Under the pieces are notes generated by a model that saw only the letters and a list, made by a program, of their open reading frames with translations, was not told where the DNA came from and ran no database searches. Both the position numbers and the translations under genes were made by a program. DNA of 64,000 bases, from the NCBI GenBank assembly GCA_964016885.1, contig OZ024746.1, positions 71,176,001 to 71,240,000 on the forward strand, in the 5' to 3' direction. Source of the stretch: Eledone cirrhosa. Lineage: Eukaryota. Positions 43,916 through 58,527 of the stretch are shown here, in pieces; positions within the stretch are counted from its first letter, which is position 1, and every line of letters begins with the position of its first letter.

Positions 43916-45375
43916 AAGACGATACTTTGGTTCGTGGAAACGTTCGCTTGCAAAGAAGGGGAAAAAACGAATAATACGTCATTAATAGGAGCGGTGAAAA
44001 ACAATTACGCGCAAAGACAGAACCACGTTTATGGTATAAAAGAGGTCGTAGACTAATGTTCTCTTAGGTGGTGCATAGAGACGTTCTCTGGCAATGAACG
44101 AAAAAACGAAGATAATACGTCAATGTAGAGCGTGGAGAACAATAGCACGCAAAGACAAAACCACGTAAATGGTATAGCAGAAGTCGTAGACTAAAATTCT
44201 AACTAGGAGACCAAATGAATCTCCGCTACAGAGTTAAGAACAAAGTAAATAAATACCGAAGTAATAGAAATAAATAAATACATACACGCAAACAAATACG
44301 TACATACACAAGCATACGCAAAACCTTACCATAGGTATACAAAACCACGAACATATAAATATGTGTGTGTGTGTATGCGTGTATACAAATAAATAATTAT
44401 ATAAACGTATATAAATAAATACATACGTATATAACAAGCGCACACACATACCTACATATAAATACACGAATGTTCGGAGACGTAAGTCAACTAAAACAAG
44501 AAATACACATATACACACACCCACCATACGTACGAACCTGCATACTCACACAGACGCAAAACTCCCGTATTCACATAGCCAAACCCTATGTACAAGAATA
44601 TATAAAAAATTACAATCAAATAAACGTACGAGAAGGTATACGTACCTTCACAAAACATACGGGTAATATATACTTACCTATGCAAATAAGTAAAGGAATA
44701 AACAAAACATATACTTAGCTCCCACATCAAGACGTAAAATATCCACGTATAGATCGTACTATCCGTTAAGGTATAACGTGGGGCTGTAATACAGGAAAGT
44801 TTTGTGCAATTTATGTTTACAAGCCGAAATTGCCTCAGATTTTTGTTTAAGATGTGGTCTGTGGCGTAGAGTATTTCCAGGGCCTCAGCGGCGCAGAGGT
44901 CACATGGTCTTTTATTTCCGTTATACGATCTAGCCCTAGCTAGGATCTCCCAGTGTAACTTATATTGGGCGTGGTTGTCTTTTAGACTCCAGATATAAGC
45001 TGAAAGTTGTTCTCCACGCTCCACATTGACGTATTATCTTCGTTTTTTCGTTCATTGCCAGTGAACGTCTCTATGCACCACCTAAGAGAACATTAGTCTA
45101 CGACCTCTTTTATACCATAAACGTGGTTCTGTCTTTGCGCGTAATTGTTTTTCACCGCTCCTATTAATGACGTATTATTCGTTTTTTCCCCTTCTTTGCC
45201 AGCGAACGTTTCCACGAACCAAAGTATCGTCTTCCTGTCTTCCTCCGGTTGCAACGTTTTTTGAAATATCCAGTTCTGCGTTTACAGATTGACTTTGTTA
45301 GTTTCAGAAGATCCCGTTAAGGGTGAAAGCAGCGATTCTTTGCTTAAACTTTAATCTATTATTTTAATAAATATT
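43912..45375 (-). mobile_element. Penelope-like insertion: GIY-YIG 3' fragment (minus) with inverted terminal repeat (plus)
   Basis: ORF 44674..45024 (LSAYIWSLKD..LHWEILARARSY..PCDLCAAEALEIL..LNKN). 43912-44125 is inverted-identical to 45023-45237. Variant hammerhead GTTT-CAGAAGA-TCCC..GGGT-GAAAGCA..TGCTT-AAAC at 45301-45349. Confidence 0.8.
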
Positions 45376-45457
45376 TGCTCTACGGTTCTTATATATTTGA
45401 TATATATTTATCCTTATCGAGCCCTCTTTGGATTTTAGTCTTCAAATTTATTATTAT

Positions 45458-45535
<78 letters not shown>

Positions 45536-46100
45536 ATAGTCAGGATTTCGACGAAGAATCATAGACACATCCACCACCATCAGCCAGCATCATCACCAGC
45601 AACATCACCACCACCACCACCACCACCACACGACGACGACGATGACGACAACCACCCCCACCCCCACCCCCACCACCATCACCATTACCACCACTACCAT
45701 CAACATTATCATTCACACCATCACCGCCAGCACTGCCAATAATCTGTTTACTACGAAGTGTACACAGAGGCGACGTGAGTCAGACATATTGGATAAGGAA
45801 TTGAAGAGCGCCGGAGTAAAGCTGTGAACTATAGGATAATGGCGTCACACCACGAGCTCCATTGAATACGTCACGTTATGGCATGTGTTAGGATGGTGCG
45901 AAACAGCCACAAATCTGGTAGATTAACCTCCCTTAACAATGAGATAAAGCTGGATTGGGGCATCCAATCATATTAAGCGCTCTTCATATTGTAGGGGGGC
46001 GTGGTGAGGTTTTTGAGGGGGTAGGGGAGCGTACCTACCCGAATGGGTTGAATGTAATGGTAAAGAACACATATACATATGTGTGTATACATATATATTT

Positions 46101-46235
<135 letters not shown>

Positions 46236-46369
46236 GATATATGTATATATACGATCACGTATGCATTAATATGTATGTATATATATATATATTGTGTGTG
46301 TATGTGTGTGTATGTGTGTGTATGGGCGTGTATATATGTGTATGAGTGTGTATGTATGTGTGTATAGTT

Positions 46370-47395
46370 TGAGAGAGTAAGAATATTGCAAGATGCTACG
46401 AAAACGAAGACAAAGATCGATAGTGAGAGACAATTTTTAACCCTAATCATCAAATCCTTGTTTCGATCCCATTGTATGATATATTGGGAAAGTGTCATCA
46501 GTAGTAGACCCAAGACGATTAAAACCGTCTCGGTGAAATTTTCAAGCCAGTTGGAGGGATTATACTTGAAATTTATGGTCCACTGTTGCAACACATCACG
46601 TTGAAATAAGCCTGCCTGATGAACACATTGAGGGAGAACATGTCTGGAAAATATATACCGGAATGAAAGACGCCCCTGTGAACATTGTTTGGCGGAAGTA
46701 ATTGAAATGGCGACCGGAAAGGACCTCCTAAATTCCCGGCACGATAGGATATTTAACTTCGCTAAGTACAAACTGGACTAGAACAAGATTCGATCCCTAA
46801 TACCTAGGTTGTACTATATCTTATTTGGTACATTTCCTATGACATTTGAACTTTTCACACCCAATGGATTCAGTAATATTAAAAACAATCCCATTTTCTT
46901 AATTCCTTTCCTCCTTACCCACTCTAGCCTACTCTTAATCTCTACCTTATCTTTCTCTGTCCCTCTCTTTATACCTTCTCTACCCCCATATATGGTAAAC
47001 ATCAAAACCTTCACCTATAACAATGGTCAAAGAATAATTGTTCCACGTCACAGCATACGGATTGATAGTGTGAAACTCTTTACCCCCACTCCCTCCTCTC
47101 TCTACTATCACACTAACTGACTCTATTTCATGCTATTTTAAACTTATTTGCATTTTCTTAAACGAAAATCTCATTACTGAATTGTACCTCGTAGTGAACA
47201 GTTGAATTCCACTACTATAGGCTTTCTGATGAAGTGTAATAAATAATTAAGTATTGCATATGACTGAACAATATATATTGTAGTTAGCATATCTAGCCAA
47301 TTTATAATAGACACAGAAACATATGTCAAAGCAAATTAATTCATAATCTCTTAACGCCGACGTTTTATTTTTCTTGGAACAACACTTGCTTAAAT
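46370..47395 (+). mobile_element. Degenerate Penelope-like GIY-YIG remnants, 3'UTR and hammerhead
   Basis: Reads ..YRNERRPCEHCLAEVIEM..LLNSR (about 46650-46740) and FELFTPNGFSN (about 46845-46877, resembling the TLxPxGLN end motif). Confidence 0.6.
47221..47332 (+). ncRNA. Type I hammerhead ribozyme with long stem II
   Basis: GCTTT-CTGATGA-aGTGT...ACACa-GAAAC-ATAT-GTC-AAAGC. 5-bp stem I, palindromic ATAT loop, GUC site. Confidence 0.8.
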
Positions 47396-47410
47396 ATATA
47401 TATATTTATT

Positions 47411-47508
<98 letters not shown>

Positions 47509-47809
47509 TGTGTGTGTGTGTATGTGTGTTTGTGGGTGTGTATGTGTGTGTGTATGTGTGTGTGTATGTGAGTGTGAATGAGTGTGTGTAATATTTGTAT
47601 GTATATATGTCTCTATTTTTTCGAAAGACAACTGTAAATTTTCCAGTCCATTATTTGTTCTCTTACCGTCTTATATGCATCTTACCAGCAGAACGGTGCA
47701 CCAAGATGTTGCAGAAACTGACATTAAAAGTACATTAATGCGTGGAATTGTGTGTCCGCCAATAATAAAACACTTCGATATAAAATAAGGATTCGATATA
47801 AAATAAGGA

Positions 47810-48600
47810 TTTCTGATTCAGACACAAGGGCAGCAAATTTGGGAGAGGGGAAGTCAATTAAATCGACCCCGATGTGTTACTGGTCTTTTATTCATCGACT
47901 ACGTAAGGATGGAAGGCAAAGCTAACCACAGCGGAATCTAAAATCAGAACGTCAAGAGCCGTAACTCTATGCCGCGAAGCATGGCATCCCACGCTCTACC
48001 TATACTGCCAATCTACGGCCCACTTGTATATAAAAGAATGGTTTCTACTTTAGGCACAAGACCAGCAAATTTGGGAGATGGGAAAGTCGAATAAATCTAC
48101 CCTAGTGCGTGACTGGTACTTTATTTTATCGACCGCATAATGATGAAAGGCAAAGCTAACCTCGGCGGGATGTGAACTCAGAACGTAAAGAGCCGTAACT
48201 CTGTGTCGCGAAGCATGTTATCCGACGCTCTACCGATTCTACCAATCCATAAAATAATTGTTTCTACTTTTGGCACAAGGCCAACAAATACCCAGTGCAT
48301 TACTGGTACTTTATTTTATTGACCCTGTAAGGATGAAAGGCAAAGTCAACCTCGGCGGGATTTGAACTCAGGAGGGATATAAAATAATTATTTCTACTTT
48401 AGGCACAAGGCCAGCAATTACCCAGTGCATTACTGGTACTTTATTTTATCGACCCCGTAAGGATGAAAGGCAAAGTCAACCTCGGCGGGATTTGAACTCA
48501 GGAGGGATATAAAATAATTATTTCTACTTTAGGCACAAGGCCAGCAATTACCCAGTGCATTACTGGTACTTTATTTTATCGACCCCGTAAGGATGAAAGG
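47810..48600 (-). mobile_element. Head-to-tail cluster of Meta-SINE-like tRNA SINEs, ending in about 120-bp tandem duplicates
   Basis: Repeated GGTACTTTATTTTATCGACCCCGTAAGGATGAAAGGCAAAG; 48255-48600 has a period of about 120 bp. Confidence 0.8.
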
Positions 48601-48798
48601 GATATAAAATAATACCAGCAGAAATGTAACCTTGAAACCATGATCATTTCTGTAAAGCCACCTTTTAAAAAAATAATAATTTATTTGATATTAATTAATT
48701 CCTATCCTTTGTGTACTGTAAATTTGCGTATGTATAATATGTGTATAACACAAACATTTGGTGAATTTCCATATCTTTAATATCTTTAATATCTTTGA

Positions 48799-48830
<32 letters not shown>

Positions 48831-49018
48831 AATACGGAGACACAAAGCAGGGTTTCTTTACAAACGGCTAGTGAATTTGAAAATTAGGTAGTAACATGTG
48901 CTTACGCCGTATTTGACTAAATAGAATTAGTCTGTTAGTTGGGATTTAAAAAAACCCCTCTGAATGGAAAGAAGGATGAGTATTGAAGTACATGGGACAC
49001 GAACCCACATCTACCTAA

Positions 49019-49057
<39 letters not shown>

Positions 49058-49220
49058 TACAATAACAGAGATAGTTTAAAGCTAAACTCTGACTGGTAAC
49101 CATCTCACTCAACAAACATTAGGTTATATTAAAATATAAACCCAATTTAAGTGTTTGGGGTGCTAACAATATGTATAATGTGGAAAAACCAGTTGTATTA
49201 TTTTATGAGATATAATTAAA

Positions 49221-49286
<66 letters not shown>

Positions 49287-49307
49287 GGTATATATATATA
49301 TATATAT

Positions 49308-49442
49308 AGGAACCAGTAAGACCCCGACGGCTGAGCTCAGCCGTCGGGGTCTTACTGGTTCCTATTACCCACTCTACTACCCTAAGTATTGAGTACTTTG
49401 GTGCGTTATGGTCCACCTGGTTCCTTACCACATTTCCTTCGT
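49308..49442 (+). mobile_element. Family A fold-back element
   Basis: Perfect palindrome centred on GAGCTC (about 49336), then tail to CCTTCGT. Confidence 0.75.
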
Positions 49443-49616
49443 TATATTTAATTTGTTGGGATACAACCAGAAAATATTTTTATAACTGATATAAAGCACT
49501 CAACAAATTATTGGAGTAAAAATACGATATATTAATGTATAATGAAATAAATATGGTTTTATAAATATAGTTTCCATTTGTTAATATATTGTATTATATA
49601 TATATATATTTATATA

Positions 49617-49707
<91 letters not shown>

Positions 49708-49712
<5 letters not shown>

Positions 49713-50211
49713 CAGGAAAGAAGGTTTACATGGTTTGCTATACAAAAAAGTTTTTAATCACATAGCTTACATTTGTTTCACTGAACTGGTATGTGTAGAG
49801 ATCGCTATTCGCTTAATTTTGCGTTACTCGATCACCAATACAGAATTATAACCAGTCAGATCTTCGGAGCGTGCGAGAATCTCCGAAGATCTGACTGGTT
49901 ATAATTCTGTATTGGTGATCGAGTAACGCAAAATTAAGCGAATAGCGATCTCTACACATACCAGTTCAGTGAAACAAATGTAAGCTATGTGATTAAAAAC
50001 TTTTTTGTATAGCAAACCATGTAAACCTTCTTTCCTGATTTATTATTACTCCAAGTGTTTACAACATAGGAATTACGGCATACCCGCAGCATCACTATGA
50101 AAACGCCTTGTTGAGTCAAACCAAGCCAAGCGTTGATATCATCCACTACCCGGAATACCATAACTGGACTTCACCTAAGTGGACTGCATTTAACTATTAT
50201 TTGTTAATCCG
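49708..50211. mobile_element. About 160-bp perfect inverted repeat of a variant hammerhead, plus tail
   Basis: Arms 49708-49869 and 49881-50042. Each arm reads CCGAAGA-TCTGACTGGT...ACCAGTTCAGT-GAAAC-AAAT-GTA-AGC. Confidence 0.75.
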
Positions 50212-50503
50212 TATATATATATATATATATAGTCTTTTAAGACTATACAGAGCATTTGATGTTATTCCAAATTGAAGGATAAGTGTTTCAAACTTTATTT
50301 TATCATGAGTTAAAGGTCTATAGATTTTTCCCTGGTTTTTACTAAATTCTGTGGATGAATTTATATCCTGATTCTCCTTTGAGATGAGTTTGAGTTATTT
50401 TTCCTAAATCTTTCGTTAACTACTTTTCCCATCTTGACGTTATAGTCGCATATATGTTATAGAATGCCGTTAGCTTCTTGCTAAAACAATCTCTATACCT
50501 CTC

Positions 50504-50562
<59 letters not shown>

Positions 50563-51006
50563 AGAGAGAGAAATATAAATATATATATATATATATTAAA
50601 AGTCAGTGCGAAGAGCGGGGATTCACCTTTTTGTGTGTTTCTCTTACGTTTTCTCTCTCTCTCTCTCTATGTATGTATGTATGTATGTATATATGTATAT
50701 ATGTATATATGTATGTTTGTAAGTATATGTATATATACATACATATAAACCATTGAAATGATTGGTGGGAGAATATGTATGCGTGTGTGTGAATGTATGT
50801 ACATGTATACATAAATTCACACACACACACACGTACACACACACACACACACACTCTCACACACGTACACACACACACACACGTATATGTATGGGATTGA
50901 GAGTATATATGCACTTAGTGGCATTAAGATAATGATTGTTTATACACAAAATATATTACATATCATTAGGTGCTTCAGCAAAGAGCACACTAATTATGCA
51001 TATATG

Positions 51007-51116
<110 letters not shown>

Positions 51117-51257
51117 TGTGTGTGTGCGTGCGTGCGTGTGTGTGTATGTGTATGTGTATGTGTGTGTCGGTATTTCTATGATTATACATGAATTAATTTG
51201 ATCAGCAATTACACCTCTCACGTCACTGTCATGAACAGACATCTACGTCTGTCTGAG

Positions 51258-51318
<61 letters not shown>

Positions 51319-51604
51319 AACAGTTGGTCGGTACCTGGTTGGAAGATACGGAGTTCCATCCCCTGTAGCGGCCCCTGGCTATTTCCCCCCGCCCATTGTT
51401 GTATTTTATACGATATTCTAAGCTATGATTTATAGCAATTGACTGTATGTGTAGTTATTTCTGCATCTGAGTTTCTTACATTTGTAATGATCTACACATA
51501 ATCCATATATACATACACACACACACACACACACACCACATATATATATACTGTATATATATATATATTGCTTTGCACATCAATTCCCCACCCACCTCAT
51601 ATAT

Positions 51605-51701
<97 letters not shown>

Positions 51702-51702
<1 letters not shown>

Positions 51703-51896
51703 GTAGGTCCCGGTTTGAGTCGGGGATAACCACAGTAAGTAAGGTACTCAATACATGGCAGAGTAAAATGTTTTTATTTTATAGAAGGAGCTTCTACAGG
51801 ACTAGTACTGTTTCATTCAGATGAAATCTTCAGGAAGCTCCTGAAGATTTCATCTGAATGAAACAGTACTAGTCCTGTAGAAGCTTCTTCTATAAA

Positions 51897-51898
<2 letters not shown>
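51702..51898. mobile_element. Head-to-head hammerhead pair in (TA)n
   Basis: Minus 51789-51839: AGCTTC-CTGAAGA-tTTC-atct-GAAt-GAAACAG-tactagtc-CTGTA-GAAGCT (complete, GUA site). Mirrored copy on plus at 51836-51885. Confidence 0.8.
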
Positions 51899-51942
<44 letters not shown>

Positions 51943-51944
<2 letters not shown>

Positions 51945-52143
51945 GAAGGAATTGTGGTAAGGAACCAGATGGACCATAACGAACCAAAGTACTCAATATT
52001 TAGGGTAGTAGAGTGGGTAATAGGAACAAGTATGACCCCGACGGCAGAGCTCAAGCGGTTTCGACGGCTATTTCTATTTTTTTTACTCCAGAAATAGCCG
52101 TCGAAACGGCTTGAGCTCTGCCGTCGGGGTCATACTTGTTCCT
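51943..52143 (-). mobile_element. Family A fold-back element
   Basis: ACGAAGGAATTGTGG..GACCCCGACGG..|..CCGTCGGGGTC..TCCT; (TA)n flanks. Confidence 0.75.
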
Positions 52144-52419
52144 ATATATATATATATATATCAGATATTGAGTTAGAAACTGAAAATAGTCTCTTACAAT
52201 TAAATAGCTCCAAGAAAGAAGTTTTTCTGAGCCGTGTAATATAATTGAATATACAAGAGAGGTAAACACAAATATAAACATACATGTGTTCGAATTGTAA
52301 GGGACCAAGTTCACTAGGGTGAAAAAAATACTAACTATAACAATATGGTTTGCCAGACTTAATTTAAAGTAATTAATCAAAAAGAAGAACAAACCTATAT
52401 TGGGCAACTATATATATAT

Positions 52420-53090
52420 GGGGTGGGTGGGGAATTGATGTGCAAAGCAAGTTTCTACAGATGGATTTAACGATTTTCTGAAGGAAATGAAGACGTTGAG
52501 CATCAACGTAGATTTGGAGCACTGAAGAGCGCACGAAAGTAGGAAAACGTTTAGGATGTGCGGAGGTTAGTGATGCAAGACCCTCGAACTGTATGAAGAT
52601 GATATCGGAAGCTTTTGGTGTTAGTATTGGTACTGTTGAGACAATTCTAGTCAACGATCTTGAGTTCCACAAAGTCTGTGTTGAGTTCGTGCCAAAGATC
52701 CTCTCCGACAACCAGAAGCAGTTTCGTATGGAATGTTCCTCCGACATTCTTGATATATGACAGAGGCTAATTATGGTTTCCTGAATAAAGTAGTGACATG
52801 CGCCAAGAGTTGTCTATTCCCCTATGAACCTGAGAGAAAATGTCAGAGTGTCCAGTGGAAGCACGTGTTCTCTCCCAGACCCAAGAAGGCAAAGATGAGC
52901 AAGTCGCAAATGAAGATCATGGCCATTCCTTTATTCGACTCCTAATGGCTTATTCACGTTGAATGGGTTTCTGAAGGCCAATACTTATTAAGGAAGTTTT
53001 GAAAAGATTCAGTGAGTGAATGAGAAAGGAGAGACTACAGCAGTAGAGCAGTGGAGATGGTGGCTCTACCAGGGTAATGCCAACATTTTC
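52420..53090 (+). mobile_element. Degenerate mariner transposase remnant
   Basis: Reads VSIGTVETILVNDLEFHKVCVEFVPKILSDNQK (WVP-like), then YEPERKCQSVQWKH..PRPKKAKMSKSQMKIM (ORF 52757..52945). Confidence 0.75.
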
Positions 53091-53452
53091 TTAACAGCTT
53101 CATACATCTTTTTATGAATTTATTTCCTCGGCGCTTAATAAGTTCGAAAGTTCGAGCGTTCCTCACGACGTTTGTTTAAATTTTCAGCTCCTTATTTAGA
53201 CGGTAGGATGTTGTCAGTGGTCACTTAGTGGTCACTTATCTAAGAGATACGGAGTTCGATTTACCGTAGTGGCCGCAGGCAATATTTTTCTGTCTCTAGG
53301 GGTCTTTACTCGATTTTGTATACACTATTTTATAGCAACTAACTGTAGTTGCAGTTATTTTCTGCGTCTGAGTTTTCTACATTTTATAAATGTACTTCGT
53401 ACTTCCTCGGTGCTTTGTAAGTTCGAAAATTTGAGCTTCACACACGGTGTTT

Positions 53453-53496
<44 letters not shown>

Positions 53497-53720
53497 GTCT
53501 ATCTCGCTCTCTCTTCATCTCTCTCTCTCTCTGTCTATCTGTAACTTTTATTCCTTAATGATATGACCCATATCTCAGACGGGCTTCCACACAGTTTTTG
53601 TCTAGGAAATTTTCCACACGAAGCTATTGTAGAAGGCATTTGCTCAAAGTGCAAAACAGTGGGATTGAACCCGAAATAACACTACCGCTGTTTCTATTTC
53701 GCTTTCTCTATTTCCCCCAT

Positions 53721-53751
<31 letters not shown>

Positions 53752-53752
<1 letters not shown>

Positions 53753-54132
53753 CTGATTCTTTTTTCAAATACCACTTTGGAAGAAGAATCAGGATGGAGA
53801 GAGAGGTGCTGTACCCCAGCAAGTTTTATGAAAGGTGGGTGAAAGTGGCGAGAATGGCCCGAGTGAATGGGCCTTCTCTCTATATCAGCCTGTAGGTTGA
53901 GGAAAAGGAGGAGGAGAGGAAAGGAGTACAAACTCTTCGTACTCCTGGAGATGAGGGTTTCACATTTTTTCGGGGGGTATGTGTTACCCATATAAACTGT
54001 CTCCCCGTATTGGGGAAAATCGACTAATTTTTAAATTGCATTTGTGATAACATTTTACACGTTTTTATTGTATGTAAACTTCCCCCTTTGTATTTGTCCC
54101 CTTCTTTTGTGCCCCTGTGGCTAATAAAGAAA
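53752..54132 (+). mobile_element. Tx1-like LINE 3' fragment
   Basis: Near-identical to 11040-11421; (TATC)n upstream and a short TATC run downstream. Confidence 0.9.
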
Positions 54133-54539
54133 CATATCTATTTATCTATCTATACTCACTAATGCAAATTTAGATAACACGTACACACGCATGCGCATAC
54201 ATGCACACACACACTCAAACACTTTCCCTCCGTACACAGAAACACCACAAACACACGAACACCTACATATACACAATACGCACACAATACGTAAACACGT
54301 ATACACAAAAATTCTCTCATTCTTGTTGTCTCTCATTCTATACCTACACTTACACACACACACAATACACAGGCAACACACATAACACACGCCGCAATAC
54401 ACATACACAATACATAGACATGAACACACACACACACAGTCATACACATACCCCTCAATCTTTCTCTCTCTACCCTCTCTCCACATACATATATAATACA
54501 CAATACACACTCGCCCACACAGAGAAACACAAACAGAAT

Positions 54540-54926
54540 ATTCTCTCTTTCTACTTCCCTCCCTTTCTCTCTCGCTCTCTCTACACACACATTCTCTTTA
54601 ATTCTCTCTCTCTCTCTTTCTGTCCCTCTCTCGCTCTCTCTACACACACATTCTCTTTAATTATCTCTCTCTCTATCTTTCTCCCTCTCTCTCGCTCTCT
54701 CTTTCTCCCTCTCTCTCGCTCTCTCTACACACACATTCTCTTTAATTCGCTCTCTCTCTCTTTCTCTCCCTCTCTCGTTCTCTACACACATTCTCTTTAA
54801 TTCTCTCTCTCTCTCTCTCTCTCTCTCTTACTCCTTCTCTCTCGCTCTCTCTACACACACATTCTGTTTAATTCTCTCTCTCTCTCTCTTTCTCTCCCTC
54901 TCTCGCTCTCTACACATATTCTCTTT

Positions 54927-54996
<70 letters not shown>

Positions 54997-55000
54997 CTTA

Positions 55001-55042
<42 letters not shown>

Positions 55043-55209
55043 CTTACTCCCTCTCTCTCGCTCTCTCTACACACACATTGTCTTTAATTCTCTCTCTCTC
55101 TGTCTTTCTCTCTCTTTCTCTCCCCCTCTCGCTCTCTCTACACATATTCTCTTTAATTCTCTCTCTCTCTTTCTCTCCCTCTCTCGCTCTCTCTCTACAT
55201 ATTCTCTTT

Positions 55210-55261
<52 letters not shown>

Positions 55262-55722
55262 ATTCCTCTCTCGCTCTCTCTACACATATTCTCTTTAATT
55301 CTCTCCCACTCCCACATTATCTACTCTCTCTCTCTCTATCTATCTATTTCTTTCTCTTTCTCCCCCCCCTCTCTCTCTTTCTCCCAACAGACATACTCAC
55401 ATACAATACACATACATCCACTCGCAGCATACACACACACACACACACACTATACAAACATATACATGTACAAACCCACACATACACCCACTCTTTCTCT
55501 CTTTCTTTCCACGCGCGCACACACATACAAACAACGCACACACACACACACACACACACATACAAACAACACACACACAATACACATATAGCCACTAACA
55601 ACACACATACAGACACAGATACCACAAACATATAACTCCACCTTTTTTTCTTTGTCTCCCCTCTCTCTCTCCTCTCTCTCTCGCTCTCTCTCTCCCCTGC
55701 TCTCTCTCTCTCTGCCTCCCCT

Positions 55723-55767
<45 letters not shown>

Positions 55768-55896
55768 CCTGTTCTCTCTCTCTCTTTTTCTCTCTCTACA
55801 TACCTCACACACACACACACCCATTCGCCACCCCCACCCCATACTAAAACAGATAATAAAATAAAATAAATGAAGGAATATTTAAATTTAACAGAA

Positions 55897-55954
<58 letters not shown>

Positions 55955-56266
55955 TGTGTGTGTGTATGTATGAGTGAGAGTGGGAGAGAGAATGAGAGAA
56001 AGTAAGTGACAGTGAGAGAGAGAGAGAGAGGGGGAGAGAGACAGAGAGGGAGAGAGAGAGAGAAACAGAGAGGGAGAGAGAGAGACAGAGAGGGAGAGAG
56101 CGAGAGAGAGAAACAGAGTGAAAGTGAGAAAGAGAAATTGACAAAAGTGAATTAAATTTCAACTTAAGTCTTGTTTTATTACAATTAAAGCATATATTGA
56201 TTATTATTATTATTGTTTCTTCTTCTTCTTCTTCTTCTTCTTCTTCTTCTTCTTCTTCTTCTTCTT

Positions 56267-56298
<32 letters not shown>

Positions 56299-56720
56299 CA
56301 TTCTTATTATTGTTGCTGCTATCGATTAATATTTGTTATTGGGATTATTATGATAATGATTATCCTTGTTGTTGCTGTTGTTGTTGTTGTTGTTGCTGTT
56401 GTTGCTGTTGTTGTTGTTGCTGTTGTTGCTGTTGTTGTTGTTGTTGTTGTTGTTGCTTTTGTTGCTGTTGCTGTTGTTGTTGTTGTTGTTGCTGTTGGTG
56501 CTGTTGTTGCTGTTGTTGTTGTTGCTGTTGTTGCTGTTGTTGTTGTTGTTGTTGTTGTTGCTGTTGTTGCTGTTGCTGTTGTTGTTGTTGCTGTTGTTGT
56601 TGTTGTTGTGGTTGCTGTTGCTGTTGTTGTTGCTGTTGTTGCTGTTGGTGTTGTTGTTGTTGCTGTTACTGTTGTTGTGGTTGTTGGTGCTGTTGCTGTT
56701 GTTGTTGTTGTTGTTGTTGC

Positions 56721-56783
<63 letters not shown>

Positions 56784-57245
56784 GATTTCAGTTCACATTA
56801 TTTTTTCATTTTTTAAATATCAATTTTATGTTTGTTTTGAAGTGGAGGTTATGGTATGTGAGAAAGGGGAAGGAGGGTGGCATATATATAGAGAGAGGGG
56901 GACAACGGAGTAGTAGACAGAGAAGAAGAAGAAGAAGAAGAAAGAGGAGAAAAAGAAGAAAAAAAAGAAGAAGAAGAAGAAGAAATAAAAGAAGAAGAAG
57001 AAGAATAAGAAGAATAAGAAGAATAATTATAAGAAGAAGAAGTAGAAGAAAATGAAGAAGACGAAGAAGAGGAACAATAAAAAAAGAAGTGGACGTGATT
57101 TGTTTCATGATTGTTTGTATATAAAGAGAAAGAGAAAGGATAAATACCAAGATAATTAGATAGACAGATAGATAGATAAATAACTATCTATCTAGCTAGC
57201 TAGCTAGATAGATGGATGGATGGATAGATAGATAGATAGATAGAG

Positions 57246-57279
<34 letters not shown>

Positions 57280-57349
57280 ATATCTATCTAGCTAGCTAGC
57301 TAGCTAGATAGATGGATAGATGGATAGATAGATAGATAGATAGATAGAG

Positions 57350-57381
<32 letters not shown>

Positions 57382-57440
57382 GAATATCTATCTAGCTAGC
57401 TAGCTAGCTAGATAGATGGATGGATGGATAGATAGATACA
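54540..57440. repeat. CT-rich about 50-bp minisatellite plus (GA)n, (TCT)n, (GTT/GCT)n, (AAG)n and (GATA/GCTA)n
   Basis: Direct reading (e.g. CTACACACACATTCTCTTTAATTCTCTC recurring 54580-55300). Confidence 0.9.
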
Positions 57441-57690
57441 TTTCTTTATTAGCCACAAGGGCACAAAAGAAGGGAACAAATACAAATGGGGAGTTTACAT
57501 ACAAGTATATGAAAATAAAACTATTAATAAAATAACAAGTAACAATTGAAATCCCCAATAGGGGGGAGGCGTTACACAGGGGTTGTACACACCCCGAAAA
57601 AATGTACAACCCTCATCTGCAGGAGCACCAAGAGTGAGTACTCCCTTCCTCTCTTCCTCTTTTTCCTCAACCTACAGGCTTATATAGAGA
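57441..57690 (-). mobile_element. Tx1-like LINE 3'UTR fragment, reverse orientation
   Basis: TTTCTTTATTAGCCACAAGGGCACAAAA is the reverse complement of the 3' end; (GATA)n on both flanks. Confidence 0.85.
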
Positions 57691-57768
57691 TAGATAGATA
57701 GATAGAAAAAGTAATGATTTGTATTCAAGTGGAAATGAAGATAGACAGAGAGGTAAATAGATAGGTAA

Positions 57769-58146
<378 letters not shown>

Positions 58147-58185
58147 GTATATGTATGTATATATATATATGTGTATGTATGTATG

Positions 58186-58254
<69 letters not shown>

Positions 58255-58378
58255 GTATATATATATATATGTATATATATATGTATACATATATATATAT
58301 AATATATATATGTATATATATGTATATATATATGTATATATATATATATATATGTATTTATATGTATATATATATATA

Positions 58379-58527
<149 letters not shown>

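Noticed and set aside
45740-45960. Unique higher-complexity stretch (exon or enhancer)
   Set aside because: No supportable ORF, splice pattern or repeat match from sequence alone.
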